A stretch of DNA of 64,000 nt. Origin: an uncultured cyanobacterium. GTDB lineage: Bacteria > Cyanobacteriota > Cyanobacteriia > Cyanobacteriales > Cyanobacteriaceae. The translations under genes and the position numbers were made by a program. Shown in pieces: positions 19,023 through 30,228 of the stretch (positions are counted from its first letter, which is position 1; each line of letters opens with the position of its first letter). Where the stretch lies: contig CAVQBA010000006.1 of NCBI GenBank assembly GCA_963710605.1, positions 352,001 through 416,000 on the forward strand. Reading direction: 5' to 3'. The notes under the pieces are model-generated. The model was not told the DNA's origin and did not search any database. It saw nothing but the letters and a program-made list of their open reading frames with translations.

Positions 19023-19595
19023 ATGAAGCGAAGACCAAAACCTCCCTATTCTCGACCACCACGCTACCCTGATGTACCGCCGCCTAATCGTTCAGGTGGT
19101 AATAAAAAGCCGTCTTTTTTTGATAACCTCAACTATACATTAGCCGCTATTTGTGCCGGTATTTTTATCTTGGGTATTGGTGTGGGTATTGCTTTGGGTT
19201 CTGGAGAAACGGTAAATAGCCCTAATATAGCCTCAAGAGAAGTGATAGATAGGAGTGCTCCTAATGCCGAAATATGCGTACAATACGGAGCAAGTGCGAT
19301 CGTTTCTGACATGAGAATATTTCTCAGCCTCAATCCTTTTAGCGTATATGTCACTCAACCGACTATGCGCCCTGGATGTATCTTAAGAAAAAATAATTGG
19401 TCAATTCTAGAACAACGACGATTGATTAGTAACGAGCAAGTAAGAGAATGTAAAAATCGGATGAATACTTTTGGTTTTACAGGTAACTTAGATAGCTCAC
19501 CTGAAATTAGTTGCGTCTATCAAAACGATTCGGCAGGAAATATATTTTTAAATCCTGAAGGTGCAGTTAATCCTAGAGAAACAGAAAAGTTTTAA
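19023..19595 (+). CDS. Conserved cyanobacterial membrane protein (DUF3172)
   Basis: One TM helix; CVQYGASA...LNPF.VYVTQP.MRPGC.LR..NW. Confidence 0.75.
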   Translation: MKRRPKPPYSRPPRYPDVPPPNRSGGNKKPSFFDNLNYTLAAICAGIFILGIGVGIALGSGETVNSPNIASREVIDRSAPNAEICVQYGASAIVSDMRIFLSLNPFSVYVTQPTMRPGCILRKNNWSILEQRRLISNEQVRECKNRMNTFGFTGNLDSSPEISCVYQNDSAGNIFLNPEGAVNPRETEKF

Positions 19596-19882
19596 TTAAA
19601 GCATTAAAAAGACAATCTTCTCTCCTCTAAAAATTGAAAAGCAAAAAACAATTGTTAATTTATATTGCGTTTCGATTAATTTGAGCATAAAGATTTGAGC
19701 ATCTTTAAACAATCAATTATTAAGCGTTTTTTACTACTTACTACACACTCATTGTTAAGGTAATTCTCAATTCTTAATTCTCAATTCCCTATTATTGGGG
19801 TCTATCTTGTGGCAAAATCTTAAAGTGACCGTCGAAAAGAAAATCATATTATATTTCGCAAAGCAAATAATTATCGATCGAT

Positions 19883-22800
19883 ATGAGTAAACCTGAACCA
19901 ATTTTACCTCCTCAGTACGAACCTCAAGCTACAGAAGCAAAGTGGCAAGAATTTTGGCGAGAAAATGAAACTTTCAAAGCCAATTCTAACAAAGAAGCCG
20001 AACCTTATACGATCGTTATTCCGCCACCGAATGTAACAGGCTCGTTACATATGGGTCATGCTTTTGAACAGGCATTAATTGATACTTTGACTCGTTACCA
20101 TCGGATGAAAGGTAAAAATACTTTGTGTTTGCCCGGAACAGATCATGCTAGTATTGCGGTTCAAACGATCGTCGAAAAACAACTTAAAGAAGAAGGATTA
20201 ACTCGTGACGATTTAGGTAGAGAAAAGTTTTTAGAAAGGGCGTGGCAATGGCGTGAGGAATCGGGTGGTAAAATTGTTAACCAATTAAAAAGACTCGGTT
20301 TATCTGCTGATTGGAGTCGTGAAAGATTTACTCTAGATGAAAAATTATCCGTAGCCGTTAAAACTGCTTTTATTAAATTATATGAAGAAGGCTTGATTTA
20401 TCGTGGTAATTACATGGTGAATTGGTGTCCTGCTTCTCAATCAGCGGTATCGGATTTAGAAGTAGAAAAAAAAGAAGTAGAAGGTAAATTGTGGCATTTA
20501 CGTTACCTAATTAGTGGTGATATAGGTTATGTAGAAGTTGCCACTACTCGCCCTGAAACAATGTTAGGAGATACCGCAGTTGCTGTTAATCCTAATGATG
20601 AGCGTTATCAACATTTGATTGGTAAAAAAGCTATTTTACCGATCGCTTTAAGAGAAATTCCGATTATCGCCGATGAATTTGTTGATCCAAGTTTTGGGAC
20701 AGGATGTGTTAAAGTAACCCCAGCACACGATCCCAATGATTTTGCCATGGGTAAACGTCACAATTTACCGATGATCAATATTTTAAATAAAGATGGTTCG
20801 TTAAATGAAAATGGGGCGAGATTTGCCGGGCAAGATAGATTTGTTGCTCGTGAAAGTGTGATTGCCGCCTTGACTGAAGAAGGTTTACTTGGAGAAACCG
20901 AAAACTATACTCATACTGTACCTTATAGCGATCGAGGTAAAGTACCAGTCGAGCCATTATTATCAACTCAATGGTTTGTCAAGATTAAACCACTATCTGA
21001 AGACGCTTTGACTGAATTAGATGAGCATAATTCTCCTGAATATATTCCCGAAAAATGGCGTAAAGTTTATCGTGATTGGTTAGTAAAATTAGATGACTGG
21101 TGTATTTCTCGTCAATTATGGTGGGGGCATCAAATTCCAGCATGGTATGTTGTTAGTCGTACTGATGGTGAAATAAAAGATGATACACCTTTTGTGGTTG
21201 CTTTTGATGAAGCACAAGCAATAGCCAAAGCGAAGGAAGAATACGGCGAAGAAAGCGAAATAGTTCAAGATGGCGATGTTTTAGATACTTGGTTTTCTTC
21301 TGGTTTGTGGCCGTTTTCGACGATGGGATGGCCAGAATCTACTGCTGATTTAGCTACTTATTACCCTAACAGTACGATGGTAACTGGGTTTGATATTATT
21401 TTCTTTTGGGTTGCCCGTATGACGATGATGTCGAAACACTTTACAGGGCAAATGCCTTTTAAGGATGTTTATATCCATGGGTTAGTTAGAGACGAAAACG
21501 GCAAGAAAATGTCAAAGTCTGCTGGTAACGGGATCGATCCTTTATTATTATGTGATAAATACGGTACTGATGCTCTGCGATATACTTTGATACGGGAAGT
21601 TGCAGGGGCAGGACAAGATATTAGTTTACAATACGATCGTGAAACTGATGAATCTGAATCGGTTCAAGCTTCTCGTAATTTTGCGAATAAGTTATGGAAT
21701 GCGGCTCGTTTTGTTTTAATGAATTTGGATGGTAAAACACCCGCACAGTTAGGTTATCCTAATTTACAAGAATTAGAATTAAGCGATCGTTGGATTTTAT
21801 CCCGATTTTATCAGATAGTTACCGACACAGATAATTATTTAGCTAACTACAGTTTAGGAGAAGCGGCTAAAGCTATTTATGAATTTATTTGGGGTGATTT
21901 TTGTGATTGGTATATTGAGTTAGTTAAAACTCGTTTACGCCAAGACTCTTCTTCACCTTCACGTTTAATTGCTCAACAAATTCTTGGTTATGTTTTAGAA
22001 GGTATCCTCAAATTATTACATCCTTTTATGCCTCATATTACCGAGGAGATTTGGCATACTTTAACTCAAAATACTGATGATAGTTTAGCTTTACAAAAGT
22101 TTCCTGAAGTTGATGAGTTATTAGATTTGACTCCACGACAAACAGTGGTTGTCACCGACAATCAACCTCAATTAGTTAAAACTATACCAAGTAATGCAGG
22201 TACGATCGTTAAATTAGGTTATCAAGTTGATAATTTAGTTGAAGAGTTACCCGATGTTGCTCGTAATTGGGTGAAAAAATATCAACAACCCCTAACTCTG
22301 CTTGGTATTACTTTCCTTGGTTTGTTTGTTTTACAAATAGTTAGCTCTCTATTTAGTGCAGTTTACGAGTTTCCTTTACTTGCACCTACATTAAGATTCA
22401 TCGGATTTGTTTATCTGTTGTGGTATGGCTACCAAAATATTGTTTTCGCCGAAACCAGAAAGGATACATGGAATCGAGTTAACAAAATTAAAGAGAATTT
22501 ATTCGCTAAACCAAAACCTGATATTGATACTGTTTCTCAGGTTGAATATTCTTCTTCTTCACCTACTACTACTATCACCGTGACACCTGTTATGACTTTG
22601 GTTGATGATAGTTTAGAAGATAGTTTTAATTTGTTATTTGAGACAATTCGAGCTATTCGTAATTTACGGGCTGAAGCTGAAATTAAACCCGGTGTTACTG
22701 TAAATGTAATTTTACAATCAGAAAATCAGGAGCAAAGAGCTATTATGGAAAAAACTAAACTTTATATTCAAGAATTAGCAAAAGTGCAAAACTTAACTGT

Positions 22801-23089
22801 TCTTGATAATATCAAAGAAGATGTGCCTAGTGCGATCGCTTCTGTGGTTAGTACGATTCAAATTTTGATTCCTTTAAGTGGTGTTATCGAAGTTGAACAA
22901 TTACAAGCTAAATTAACCAAAAAACTAACTAAAATAGAAACAGAAATAAAATCATTAGAAACACGTTTAGATAATCCTAATTTTGTTAACAAAGCACCTG
23001 CTGAAATAATTGAAAATACTCGCAGTGCCTTGACAGAAAGCAAAACTCAAGCAGAAATATTACAAGAGCGTCTTCAATTATTAAATTAA
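19883..23089 (+). CDS. valS: Valine--tRNA ligase with an inserted CAAD membrane domain
   Basis: [19 protein letters not shown]-terminal coiled coil; insertion of roughly 170 aa with two hydrophobic helices. Confidence 0.97.
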   Translation: MSKPEPILPPQYEPQATEAKWQEFWRENETFKANSNKEAEPYTIVIPPPNVTGSLHMGHAFEQALIDTLTRYHRMKGKNTLCLPGTDHASIAVQTIVEKQLKEEGLTRDDLGREKFLERAWQWREESGGKIVNQLKRLGLSADWSRERFTLDEKLSVAVKTAFIKLYEEGLIYRGNYMVNWCPASQSAVSDLEVEKKEVEGKLWHLRYLISGDIGYVEVATTRPETMLGDTAVAVNPNDERYQHLIGKKAILPIALREIPIIADEFVDPSFGTGCVKVTPAHDPNDFAMGKRHNLPMINILNKDGSLNENGARFAGQDRFVARESVIAALTEEGLLGETENYTHTVPYSDRGKVPVEPLLSTQWFVKIKPLSEDALTELDEHNSPEYIPEKWRKVYRDWLVKLDDWCISRQLWWGHQIPAWYVVSRTDGEIKDDTPFVVAFDEAQAIAKAKEEYGEESEIVQDGDVLDTWFSSGLWPFSTMGWPESTADLATYYPNSTMVTGFDIIFFWVARMTMMSKHFTGQMPFKDVYIHGLVRDENGKKMSKSAGNGIDPLLLCDKYGTDALRYTLIREVAGAGQDISLQYDRETDESESVQASRNFANKLWNAARFVLMNLDGKTPAQLGYPNLQELELSDRWILSRFYQIVTDTDNYLANYSLGEAAKAIYEFIWGDFCDWYIELVKTRLRQDSSSPSRLIAQQILGYVLEGILKLLHPFMPHITEEIWHTLTQNTDDSLALQKFPEVDELLDLTPRQTVVVTDNQPQLVKTIPSNAGTIVKLGYQVDNLVEELPDVARNWVKKYQQPLTLLGITFLGLFVLQIVSSLFSAVYEFPLLAPTLRFIGFVYLLWYGYQNIVFAETRKDTWNRVNKIKENLFAKPKPDIDTVSQVEYSSSSPTTTITVTPVMTLVDDSLEDSFNLLFETIRAIRNLRAEAEIKPGVTVNVILQSENQEQRAIMEKTKLYIQELAKVQNLTVLDNIKEDVPSAIASVVSTIQILIPLSGVIEVEQLQAKLTKKLTKIETEIKSLETRLDNPNFVNKAPAEIIENTRSALTESKTQAEILQERLQLLN

Positions 23090-23269
23090 AATTATTAATG
23101 TGATCAATAATTAGCAATTATTCACCTAAAAAAGTCTCAAAGATAAAATGATTAACGTTTAGACATATACTTGCTACTTCGTAATCAATAATTTATTAGA
23201 CAAAACAAATGATTAATTGTTAATTGTTCACTTTCTGTTATTTTTTTCATCGCTGTTTATATAATCAAA

Positions 23270-23713
23270 ATGTTGCATTTAGCTCAAGTTGTTAAAAATT
23301 CTACCTCAGGTAAACTACAGTTACATCTTTTAGCTGTGGAAGAATCTAAATTGCAATGGACTTTTTGTTACGAAAGATATATATCAATTATGGAAGAAAA
23401 CAATTTTAGTGAAGATATTTTTGTTTTAGTAGATTTAGATGAAGATAACCAAATAATCCAATTTAAACCAGCTAAAGAATGGATTTTAAATTTAATTAAA
23501 GAATATTTAGTTAAAGGAGAAGTGAATAAACATATCGCCATTAACATTCCTGATGAACAAGTTCGTTTAGAAAAATGGCGACAAGAATTAACAGCTCAAA
23601 GTCAAGATTTAACCCGTATCCGTCTAGAAGTTGAAACCCGTAGAGAAGAGCTACAACAGCTAGAGCAAAATTTGTCTTTAGAAAGAGAAAAACTAAAATC
23701 AACGAATAATTAA
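23270..23713 (+). CDS. Conserved cyanobacterial hypothetical protein (coiled-coil C-terminus)
   Basis: MLHLAQV...LEKWRQELTAQSQDLTR.RLEVETR. Confidence 0.7.
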   Translation: MLHLAQVVKNSTSGKLQLHLLAVEESKLQWTFCYERYISIMEENNFSEDIFVLVDLDEDNQIIQFKPAKEWILNLIKEYLVKGEVNKHIAINIPDEQVRLEKWRQELTAQSQDLTRIRLEVETRREELQQLEQNLSLEREKLKSTNN

Positions 23714-23851
23714 AAGAAGGATGAGAGATGAAAGCAAAAGGGAAGGAGCAATAAGTCAGGTTTTAGGTTTTAGGTTTCAGGTGTAAAAAGTAAAAGTAAA
23801 TTATTTTTCATCACTCTCAACTCTTAACTTTTAACTCTTAACTCTTAACTC

Positions 23852-24571
23852 TCAAGAAACTGCTTTATTTTCAATATTTAATTCTAAACAATAACCAGCA
23901 CCATAAATAGTTTTAATAAAACGAGGACGACGAGGGTCAGGTTCTAACTTGGTTCTCAAATGACGAATATGTACTCTAATAGTTTCTATATCATCATTAG
24001 GATCATAACCCCAAACTTCCTTAAGAATATCGCTTGGAGGAACAGTTTGTCCATGACGTTGCAATAAACAATGTAATAGCTCAAACTCCAGATGAGTTAG
24101 TTTTATTGTTTTGTCAAACCAAATAGCTTCAAATCTTTCTGGTACTAAAGTTAAAGGGCCAAAATTAAGAATTTCTGTGTGCTTGGCTGTACTCGAACCT
24201 CTTTGGCTTCTTCGTAGTAAAGCTTTGACTCTAGCTAACATTTCTTCAACTTCAAAAGGTTTAGTTAGATAGTCGTCTGCACCAGCATTAAAGCCATCAA
24301 CTTTATCTTTAGTTTGCCCTAAAGCAGTTAACATCAATACAGGTATATTCAAAGTTCGATCGTCTCGTCTTAATCTTTGGCAAACAGTTAAACCATCAAC
24401 TTTAGGTAACATCAAATCTAACATGATTAGATTAGGTTGCATTTGTAAAGCTAAAGCTTGCCCTTTAATGCCATCTTCTGCTTGCACAGTGTCATAACCT
24501 GCCATTTCTAAGTTAATTGACACTAATTCTGTAATTGCTTGATTGTCGTCAATGACTAGTATTCGAGACAT
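23852..24571 (-). CDS. rpaA: OmpR-family response regulator RpaA
   Basis: NLEMAGY...DGIKGQALA...[11 protein letters not shown]...[22 protein letters not shown], characteristic of RpaA. Confidence 0.93.
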   Translation of the reverse strand: MSRILVIDDNQAITELVSINLEMAGYDTVQAEDGIKGQALALQMQPNLIMLDLMLPKVDGLTVCQRLRRDDRTLNIPVLMLTALGQTKDKVDGFNAGADDYLTKPFEVEEMLARVKALLRRSQRGSSTAKHTEILNFGPLTLVPERFEAIWFDKTIKLTHLEFELLHCLLQRHGQTVPPSDILKEVWGYDPNDDIETIRVHIRHLRTKLEPDPRRPRFIKTIYGAGYCLELNIENKAVS

Positions 24572-24966
24572 TATTATAGAGATTATTTGAGTAGTTTAAT
24601 AATTTAATTTGATTGAAGCAGTATTTAATTAGCTATTAGATATAAGTATTTATACTCGACTTAGCCTTTTTAGCTTATTTTGAAGACAATTTCATTAAAC
24701 TAAAGTAAGGTTTTGTCTAAATCATTAACTTATTATAAGTTATATATCGACTTTATAATAAGTAATAATATTTGAATAATTAACTTCTATATATTGATGT
24801 TCTATATACGTCTATCCTATCTAAGTAGGTTTATAGCGTTTTTTACCATTAATAATTAGTAATTATTAAACTTGTGTGCCAAAAATAAGCATACATTGAG
24901 ATAATAGTCTTTTAAATTTTGTAATTGTGTTTGAGATTATTTCACTAATTAAAATTAATATTTTTT

Positions 24967-25788
24967 TCAACCAATTAATGATTCAAACTTTGCGATGTTA
25001 TCAACTTTTGTACCGCTGTTGATTTTGACTCCTTTTAAGTTAGCACCTTTAAAATTAGCACCTTTAAGATTACAATCTCTGAAATTAGCATCTTCTAAAT
25101 TAGCTTTCCCTAAATCAGCATTCCGTAAATCAGCACTACGTAAATCAGCACAGCTTAAATTAGCATTTTTTAGATTAGCTTTAATTAATTTAGCACTAAC
25201 TAAAGAAGCATCATTCAAATAAGCGTTACTTAAATCTGCATCACTCAAAGATGCCCCATTCAATTTAGCTTGAATTAAATAAGCACCACTCAAATTACTA
25301 TTATTTAAAGAAGCACCACTTAAATTACCATGAATAAAAGAGATACCACTAAAATCAGCATCATTTAAGTTAGCACCTGTCAAGTTACCATTTGTTTTAA
25401 TCCATTCATTCCATGATGAATTATGGTGTTTAATAATTGTTGCTAAAATTTCTGTTTCTGGATAATTATTTAAAGCAAATGAAATGAATTTTTCTGGGAC
25501 TTGAGATAGTTTGAGAATATTAATTATAGTTTTTTTAGGTATTTTTAATAAAAAATTATCATCACTTAATAAGTGCGAATTAAAAAAAGGATTTTCTAGT
25601 AAGGAAGTAGAAAAATGTTCACTTAGTGAAATTAATACGTCTAGAGGTGTATTGGGGTTACTAGCTAATGCTCTTTTAATTTTTTTAGGTTGATTGTTTT
25701 GATATATTTCTTCTAAACGTTGTGGAGGTGTATTTCGATCGTTTGCTTCTGTCAGAATATTATTTGATTTTTGATTAGCTTGATTCAC
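24967..25788 (-). CDS. Pentapeptide-repeat protein with an LRV-like N-terminus
   Basis: ALASNPNTP N-terminal repeat; long A(D/N)Lxx tract. Confidence 0.88.
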   Translation of the reverse strand: MNQANQKSNNILTEANDRNTPPQRLEEIYQNNQPKKIKRALASNPNTPLDVLISLSEHFSTSLLENPFFNSHLLSDDNFLLKIPKKTIINILKLSQVPEKFISFALNNYPETEILATIIKHHNSSWNEWIKTNGNLTGANLNDADFSGISFIHGNLSGASLNNSNLSGAYLIQAKLNGASLSDADLSNAYLNDASLVSAKLIKANLKNANLSCADLRSADLRNADLGKANLEDANFRDCNLKGANFKGANLKGVKINSGTKVDNIAKFESLIG

Positions 25789-26074
25789 GAATGTTTATCT
25801 CAGTATAATTATTGGTATTTTTATTATAATTTTAAGAATTTGATTTATCTACTAAAAATTACTTTTATACATAAAAAAAATATTACAGGACTTAGATAAA
25901 TATTAATTTGGGTTTATACAAGTAGAATCAGTTTAATTAGTAATTTAGAAAAGAATTTATTGCTGTTTACAGATATCTAAACTAGAGTTAAATAAGAAAT
26001 TGGGTAAAAGTTAATTCAGTTGAAATACAAACGCATCAATTAAAAGAACATCGATTAAATAACCAATGAATCAA

Positions 26075-26147
26075 GGGTGCAAACCGTCTTGGTGGACGTT
26101 CCCTTGCGTCTTACGCCGACGCGGGCTTCCACCGCTTACACCCCTAC
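26075..26147 (-). repeat. REP hairpin with a 50-nt nested insertion
   Basis: GAATCAAGGGTGCAAACC[50 nt]TTACACCCCTACAA versus the empty copy at 12009-12040. Confidence 0.75.
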
Positions 26148-26150
26148 AAT

Positions 26151-26257
26151 CTAAATAAAAAAAAGTTTGTAGTTACCCCTAATGGTGTCTAAAAAGCTAT
26201 TAAGATAAGGGCTTAAGCCCATACTACGAACTTAATCTTTCTGACGTTTAATTAATT
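26151..26257. repeat. ~105-bp dispersed REPIN-like repeat, second copy at 54042-54148
   Basis: Both copies read AAAGTTTGTAGTTACCCCTAA...TTAAGATAAGGGCTTAAGCCC...ACGAACTTAA...TGACGTTTAATTAATT. Confidence 0.8.
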
Positions 26258-26395
26258 GGGGCTACTTACTAGATATCACGATCGCACATAAAAGTACCTA
26301 TTATGATCATCATAGATAAAGTGAGATTGTTTACCCGATACGTTATTCGATACAATATGAAAATTATTAAGTTGATAAATTAATTAAAAAAAGTT

Positions 26396-26566
26396 ATGAC
26401 AACACATTTTATTAGTGCGGAAATAGATTTACAAGCTAACCCAGTCAAACTAAAACAAGAAATCGAGCAAAAGTTAGAAATTGAAGGAAAACCTTTACGA
26501 TGGGCAGTCACTAAAGTTGATCAAAAAACAAATAAAGTAGAAGTAGAAGCGATCGTTACCAAGTAA
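26396..26566 (+). CDS. Small conserved hypothetical protein, 56 aa (not in the ORF track)
   Basis: MTTHFISAEIDLQANPVKLKQEIEQKLEIEGKPLRWAVTKVDQKTNKVEVEAIVTK*; ends 12 bp before the DUF3326 gene. Confidence 0.75.
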   Translation: MTTHFISAEIDLQANPVKLKQEIEQKLEIEGKPLRWAVTKVDQKTNKVEVEAIVTK

Positions 26567-26578
26567 AAAAAATCAATT

Positions 26579-27625
26579 GTGCAAAATAAATCTTATTGTG
26601 GGGTATTAATTATACCCACAGGTATCGGTGCGAGTATCGGTGGTTATGCAGGGGATGGGCTACCTGTGGCTAGAGCAATGGCACAAATATGCGATCGTCT
26701 TATCACTCATCCAAATGTCATGAATGGAGCAAGTTTATATTGGTCTAGTCCTAATATAGACTATGTTGAAGGTTATGCTTTAGATCAATTTGCCGGTGGT
26801 GAATGGGGTTTAAAATCAGTCGTGCAAAACAAAATTGGGCTTATTTTAGACAAAGGTATTGAGGATGAATTACGTTACCGTCATCTTCAAGCAACTGATG
26901 CGGTTAGAGCAACTTTAGGCATTAATGTCCATGACTATATCATCACTGATGAGCCTTTAAATGTAGAATTAAGACTGGCACAGAGTGGTGCAAGTTGGGG
27001 TACTATTGGTAATCCTGATAGTCTTTTAAGAGCGGCAGACAAACTGATTAGAGAACAAAAAGTTAACGCTCTTGCGGTAGTAGCTAGATTTCCTGATGAT
27101 ACCGATAGTCAAGCTTTAGATGATTATCGTCATGGTAGTGGCGTAGATGGTTTGGCTGGGGCAGAAGCGGTTATTTCTCATCTTTTAGTCAGAGAATTTG
27201 CGATTCCTTGCGCTCACGCACCTGCTTTATCGCCGATTCCTTTAGATATTCATCTCTCACCTAAAGCGGCGGCTGAAGAATTAGGATATACTTTTCTCTC
27301 TTGTGTTTTAGTCGGTTTAAGTCGAGCACCTCAATATACCCTTAATAAAAATTATCACAGTTTGTGGGCGGAAGATATTGATACTTTAGTTATTCCTGAA
27401 GGTGCTTGTGGTGGTAGTGCTAGTCTGAGTTTTGCTGGTTTAGATACTCAAATTATTACCGTGGCTGAAAATCAAACTGTTTTAAATGTTGATTCACAAA
27501 TTTTAGGAATGAATGTCGTTAGAGTAAAATCATATCTAGAGGCATTAGGAACGATCGTTGCTCATCGTGCAGGAATTAGTCCAACTGCTTTGAAATCGAC
27601 TATTTCTTCAATTCTAACCCAATAA
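26579..27625 (+). CDS. DUF3326 family protein
   Basis: IIPTGIGASIGGYAGD, THPNVMN, AGAEAVISH, AAAEELGYTFL. Confidence 0.85.
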   Translation: MQNKSYCGVLIIPTGIGASIGGYAGDGLPVARAMAQICDRLITHPNVMNGASLYWSSPNIDYVEGYALDQFAGGEWGLKSVVQNKIGLILDKGIEDELRYRHLQATDAVRATLGINVHDYIITDEPLNVELRLAQSGASWGTIGNPDSLLRAADKLIREQKVNALAVVARFPDDTDSQALDDYRHGSGVDGLAGAEAVISHLLVREFAIPCAHAPALSPIPLDIHLSPKAAAEELGYTFLSCVLVGLSRAPQYTLNKNYHSLWAEDIDTLVIPEGACGGSASLSFAGLDTQIITVAENQTVLNVDSQILGMNVVRVKSYLEALGTIVAHRAGISPTALKSTISSILTQ

Positions 27626-27660
27626 TTAATCATAATAGTTATTTAGCACTACTGATACTT

Positions 27661-28254
27661 ATGACACAAGGAAATAAACCTGAGTTGGAAAAACTCTCTC
27701 GTACTCAAGTCTTAGTTTTTATGGGAATAACAGCTTTGATTTTGTTAGCTATTGCTCAGGTTTGGCAAAAAGTCGGTTTAATAAGTACCGTGCCTGTCAA
27801 GTTTAATTCCTTAGCGTTTTTAGAGGGTATTGGTTTGGCAATTTTGATAATTGTGGCTAGTGCTATCATGACAACTATTTGGCCAAAATATCGTCTCAGT
27901 GCCGAAAAGTATCTTGATTTTGTGATTACACCATTGGCAATACCTGATCTTATTTGGGTGGGTTTATTACCGGGTTTGAGCGAGGAGTTGTTGTTTCGAG
28001 GGGTAATGATTCCTGCTTTAGGTTATGATTGGTTCGCTTTGATAGCTTCTAGTTTGTTGTTTGGCGTATTACATTTTAACGATCGAGATAGTTGGCAATA
28101 CGTAATCTGGGCGATCGTGATTGGTTTGACTTTAGGTTATAGTGTTTATCTGACTAATAATTTATTAGTGCCGGTGATGGCTCATATGTTAGTTAATATC
28201 TGTTCTAGTTCTTTTTGGAAGTTTAAAAATCGAACAGTCTCAATTAATAATTAA
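27661..28254 (+). CDS. CPBP (Abi/CAAX) intramembrane metalloprotease
   Basis: EELLFRG, FGVLH, H..VN motifs; multiple TM segments. Confidence 0.88.
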   Translation: MTQGNKPELEKLSRTQVLVFMGITALILLAIAQVWQKVGLISTVPVKFNSLAFLEGIGLAILIIVASAIMTTIWPKYRLSAEKYLDFVITPLAIPDLIWVGLLPGLSEELLFRGVMIPALGYDWFALIASSLLFGVLHFNDRDSWQYVIWAIVIGLTLGYSVYLTNNLLVPVMAHMLVNICSSSFWKFKNRTVSINN

Positions 28255-28359
28255 AATAAACCAAGAAAAAAATCAAAAGACATTAAGTAATAACTAACAT
28301 CCTTTGACTACAGAAGATTGACTTAAATTTAAACAGATAATAACAATACAGATAGATAT

Positions 28360-30228
28360 CTAATTGTCAATACTAAAATCAGTTTCTTGTAAAGTGCTTT
28401 CTAAGTTTAAAGAAGAAGGATATAATCTTTCATTCCATTGTTGAATACGGTTTTGAGCTCGACTATAAGCTGAATTACCTCGAGGAATCATCCCAGCGAT
28501 CGAAATTGCTTTTTCTAGATCAGAGAGATTATAAGTATCAGCCATTCTTTGTGCCATATTGAGCATTTGTTCTGACCATAAATTAATCGCCTGACGACTT
28601 TGAAAACCAGCGGAGGAAGTAGGAGAGATACTTCTAGCAATATTAATCGCTCTTAACAAGGATTGTTCATTGTTGTTTCTGGCGATTTCATAAGCATTAT
28701 CTAAACTTTGTTGGGCATTAATTTCAGTTTGCCATTTACGAATATTAGTTTGTGCTTCACCATATAATGATCTACCTCTGGTGATATTACGTGCAGTATT
28801 AATCGCTTCTTGATATTGATTACTATTACTTAAAGCGATCGCTCTTTGTAGTACAGGACGATCTTGAGCTGACTCTATATTACCTCGCCATTGAGCTGTT
28901 AAACTACGAGCTTCAGAAGCTAAAGCACGATCGCCATTTATTTGACTTATTTGATTAATAGCACTTTGCCAACCTTGAACAGTATTATTACGAGCAAAAT
29001 CTTTAGCTTGATTAATGATGGGGCGATCTTCGATTACTTGTATTTCTCGACGCCAAGTTCTAATTTCTCTTTGGGCATCAGAATGAAGAGTGTTACCTTG
29101 TCTGACTAATTGAGCTTTAGTAATAGCACTACTTAAATCAGTAACAGTACCACTTTTAGCTAAATTTCGGGCATTAACTAAATGACTTAAATCTTCTTTT
29201 TGTCTTGACCAACCTTTAATCAAATCTTGAGTTTGAGCATATATTTTACTTTCACTAGGAATTTGTTCGGCTTCTGTTATCGCTAATTCGACTCCAGAAA
29301 TAGTTCCTAATTGAACATTTTTACCAGCACGAGCTAATGTATTCCAATCAACCGCTTGAGTTGTTAATCGGCTAGTGGTTGAAATTTGATTTGATAATCG
29401 AGCTAAATCTGACCAGTTTTTTTTCTTCAGTAGATTTGTCGCAATTTTAAGTAAATCGTTTTCCGCATCGGTGATTAAAGCTTGTGCTTCATCATAAGAA
29501 TAACTATTTTTAGGAATTTGATTGGCTACTTCGATCGTTTTGAGTAGATTATCAATTCCTCCACCTCTAATACTGGTATAAGCGTCATCTAATTTTTTAT
29601 TTTCTTCTTTAGCGACATTGATTATTTCTACCATCTGTGGATAACGAACGTTTTTCCAGTAATCGTTACTCATATTAAGAAAATCAACAGCAACAATAAA
29701 AGCTGAATTCCATTGACCTTTTCTCAGATTGGCTTTAACTTCTTCTTCTATATTTTTACCTTTTTCCCATGTAAAACGCCAAAGATTAATTTGGTTTTCG
29801 ATAATCTTTTTATTTTCAGCATTTTGAGGAATTTTATTCGCAGTAGCGATCGCTTTTTCTAGCTTACCTTTATTCAAATCTTTTTCAGCTAAGGTTAAAA
29901 TATCATTAGACCACTCATTAATATGACGATTGAGTTCATGACTTAAAGGATGATCAGCTGGTAAAGCTTCTAATAAACCGATCGCCGCTAATAAATCTTC
30001 AACAGTATTTTCCTCAGCTCTCAATTGAGCACAATAAATACGATTAGTTGCGGATGTAAACCACAAAGAAAGATTATGGCAACTTGCGTTATCAGGTAAA
30101 TTTAGTAATGCTTTGGTGGCGGCAAAACCAACAAACCCGAACGAAATAGCTAAGGTAAGACTTAACAACTGCCATGAAGTTTTCCAATTATGGTTATCAA
30201 CTTTGGTAATCATATACTTATTAATCAA
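28360..30228 (-). CDS. Conserved cyanobacterial helical-repeat protein with an N-terminal TM (often labelled chromosome segregation ATPase; no P-loop seen)
   Basis: Repeated AI..A..I....Y..AQ..I..W units. Confidence 0.7.
   Translation of the reverse strand: MINKYMITKVDNHNWKTSWQLLSLTLAISFGFVGFAATKALLNLPDNASCHNLSLWFTSATNRIYCAQLRAEENTVEDLLAAIGLLEALPADHPLSHELNRHINEWSNDILTLAEKDLNKGKLEKAIATANKIPQNAENKKIIENQINLWRFTWEKGKNIEEEVKANLRKGQWNSAFIVAVDFLNMSNDYWKNVRYPQMVEIINVAKEENKKLDDAYTSIRGGGIDNLLKTIEVANQIPKNSYSYDEAQALITDAENDLLKIATNLLKKKNWSDLARLSNQISTTSRLTTQAVDWNTLARAGKNVQLGTISGVELAITEAEQIPSESKIYAQTQDLIKGWSRQKEDLSHLVNARNLAKSGTVTDLSSAITKAQLVRQGNTLHSDAQREIRTWRREIQVIEDRPIINQAKDFARNNTVQGWQSAINQISQINGDRALASEARSLTAQWRGNIESAQDRPVLQRAIALSNSNQYQEAINTARNITRGRSLYGEAQTNIRKWQTEINAQQSLDNAYEIARNNNEQSLLRAINIARSISPTSSAGFQSRQAINLWSEQMLNMAQRMADTYNLSDLEKAISIAGMIPRGNSAYSRAQNRIQQWNERLYPSSLNLESTLQETDFSIDN

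Noticed and set aside
23852..24571. Asp-to-Asn changes in RpaA (DDN, QPN, DPND) as loss of function
   Set aside because: The DD pair, phospho-acceptor Asp (LIMLD) and TKPF lysine are retained
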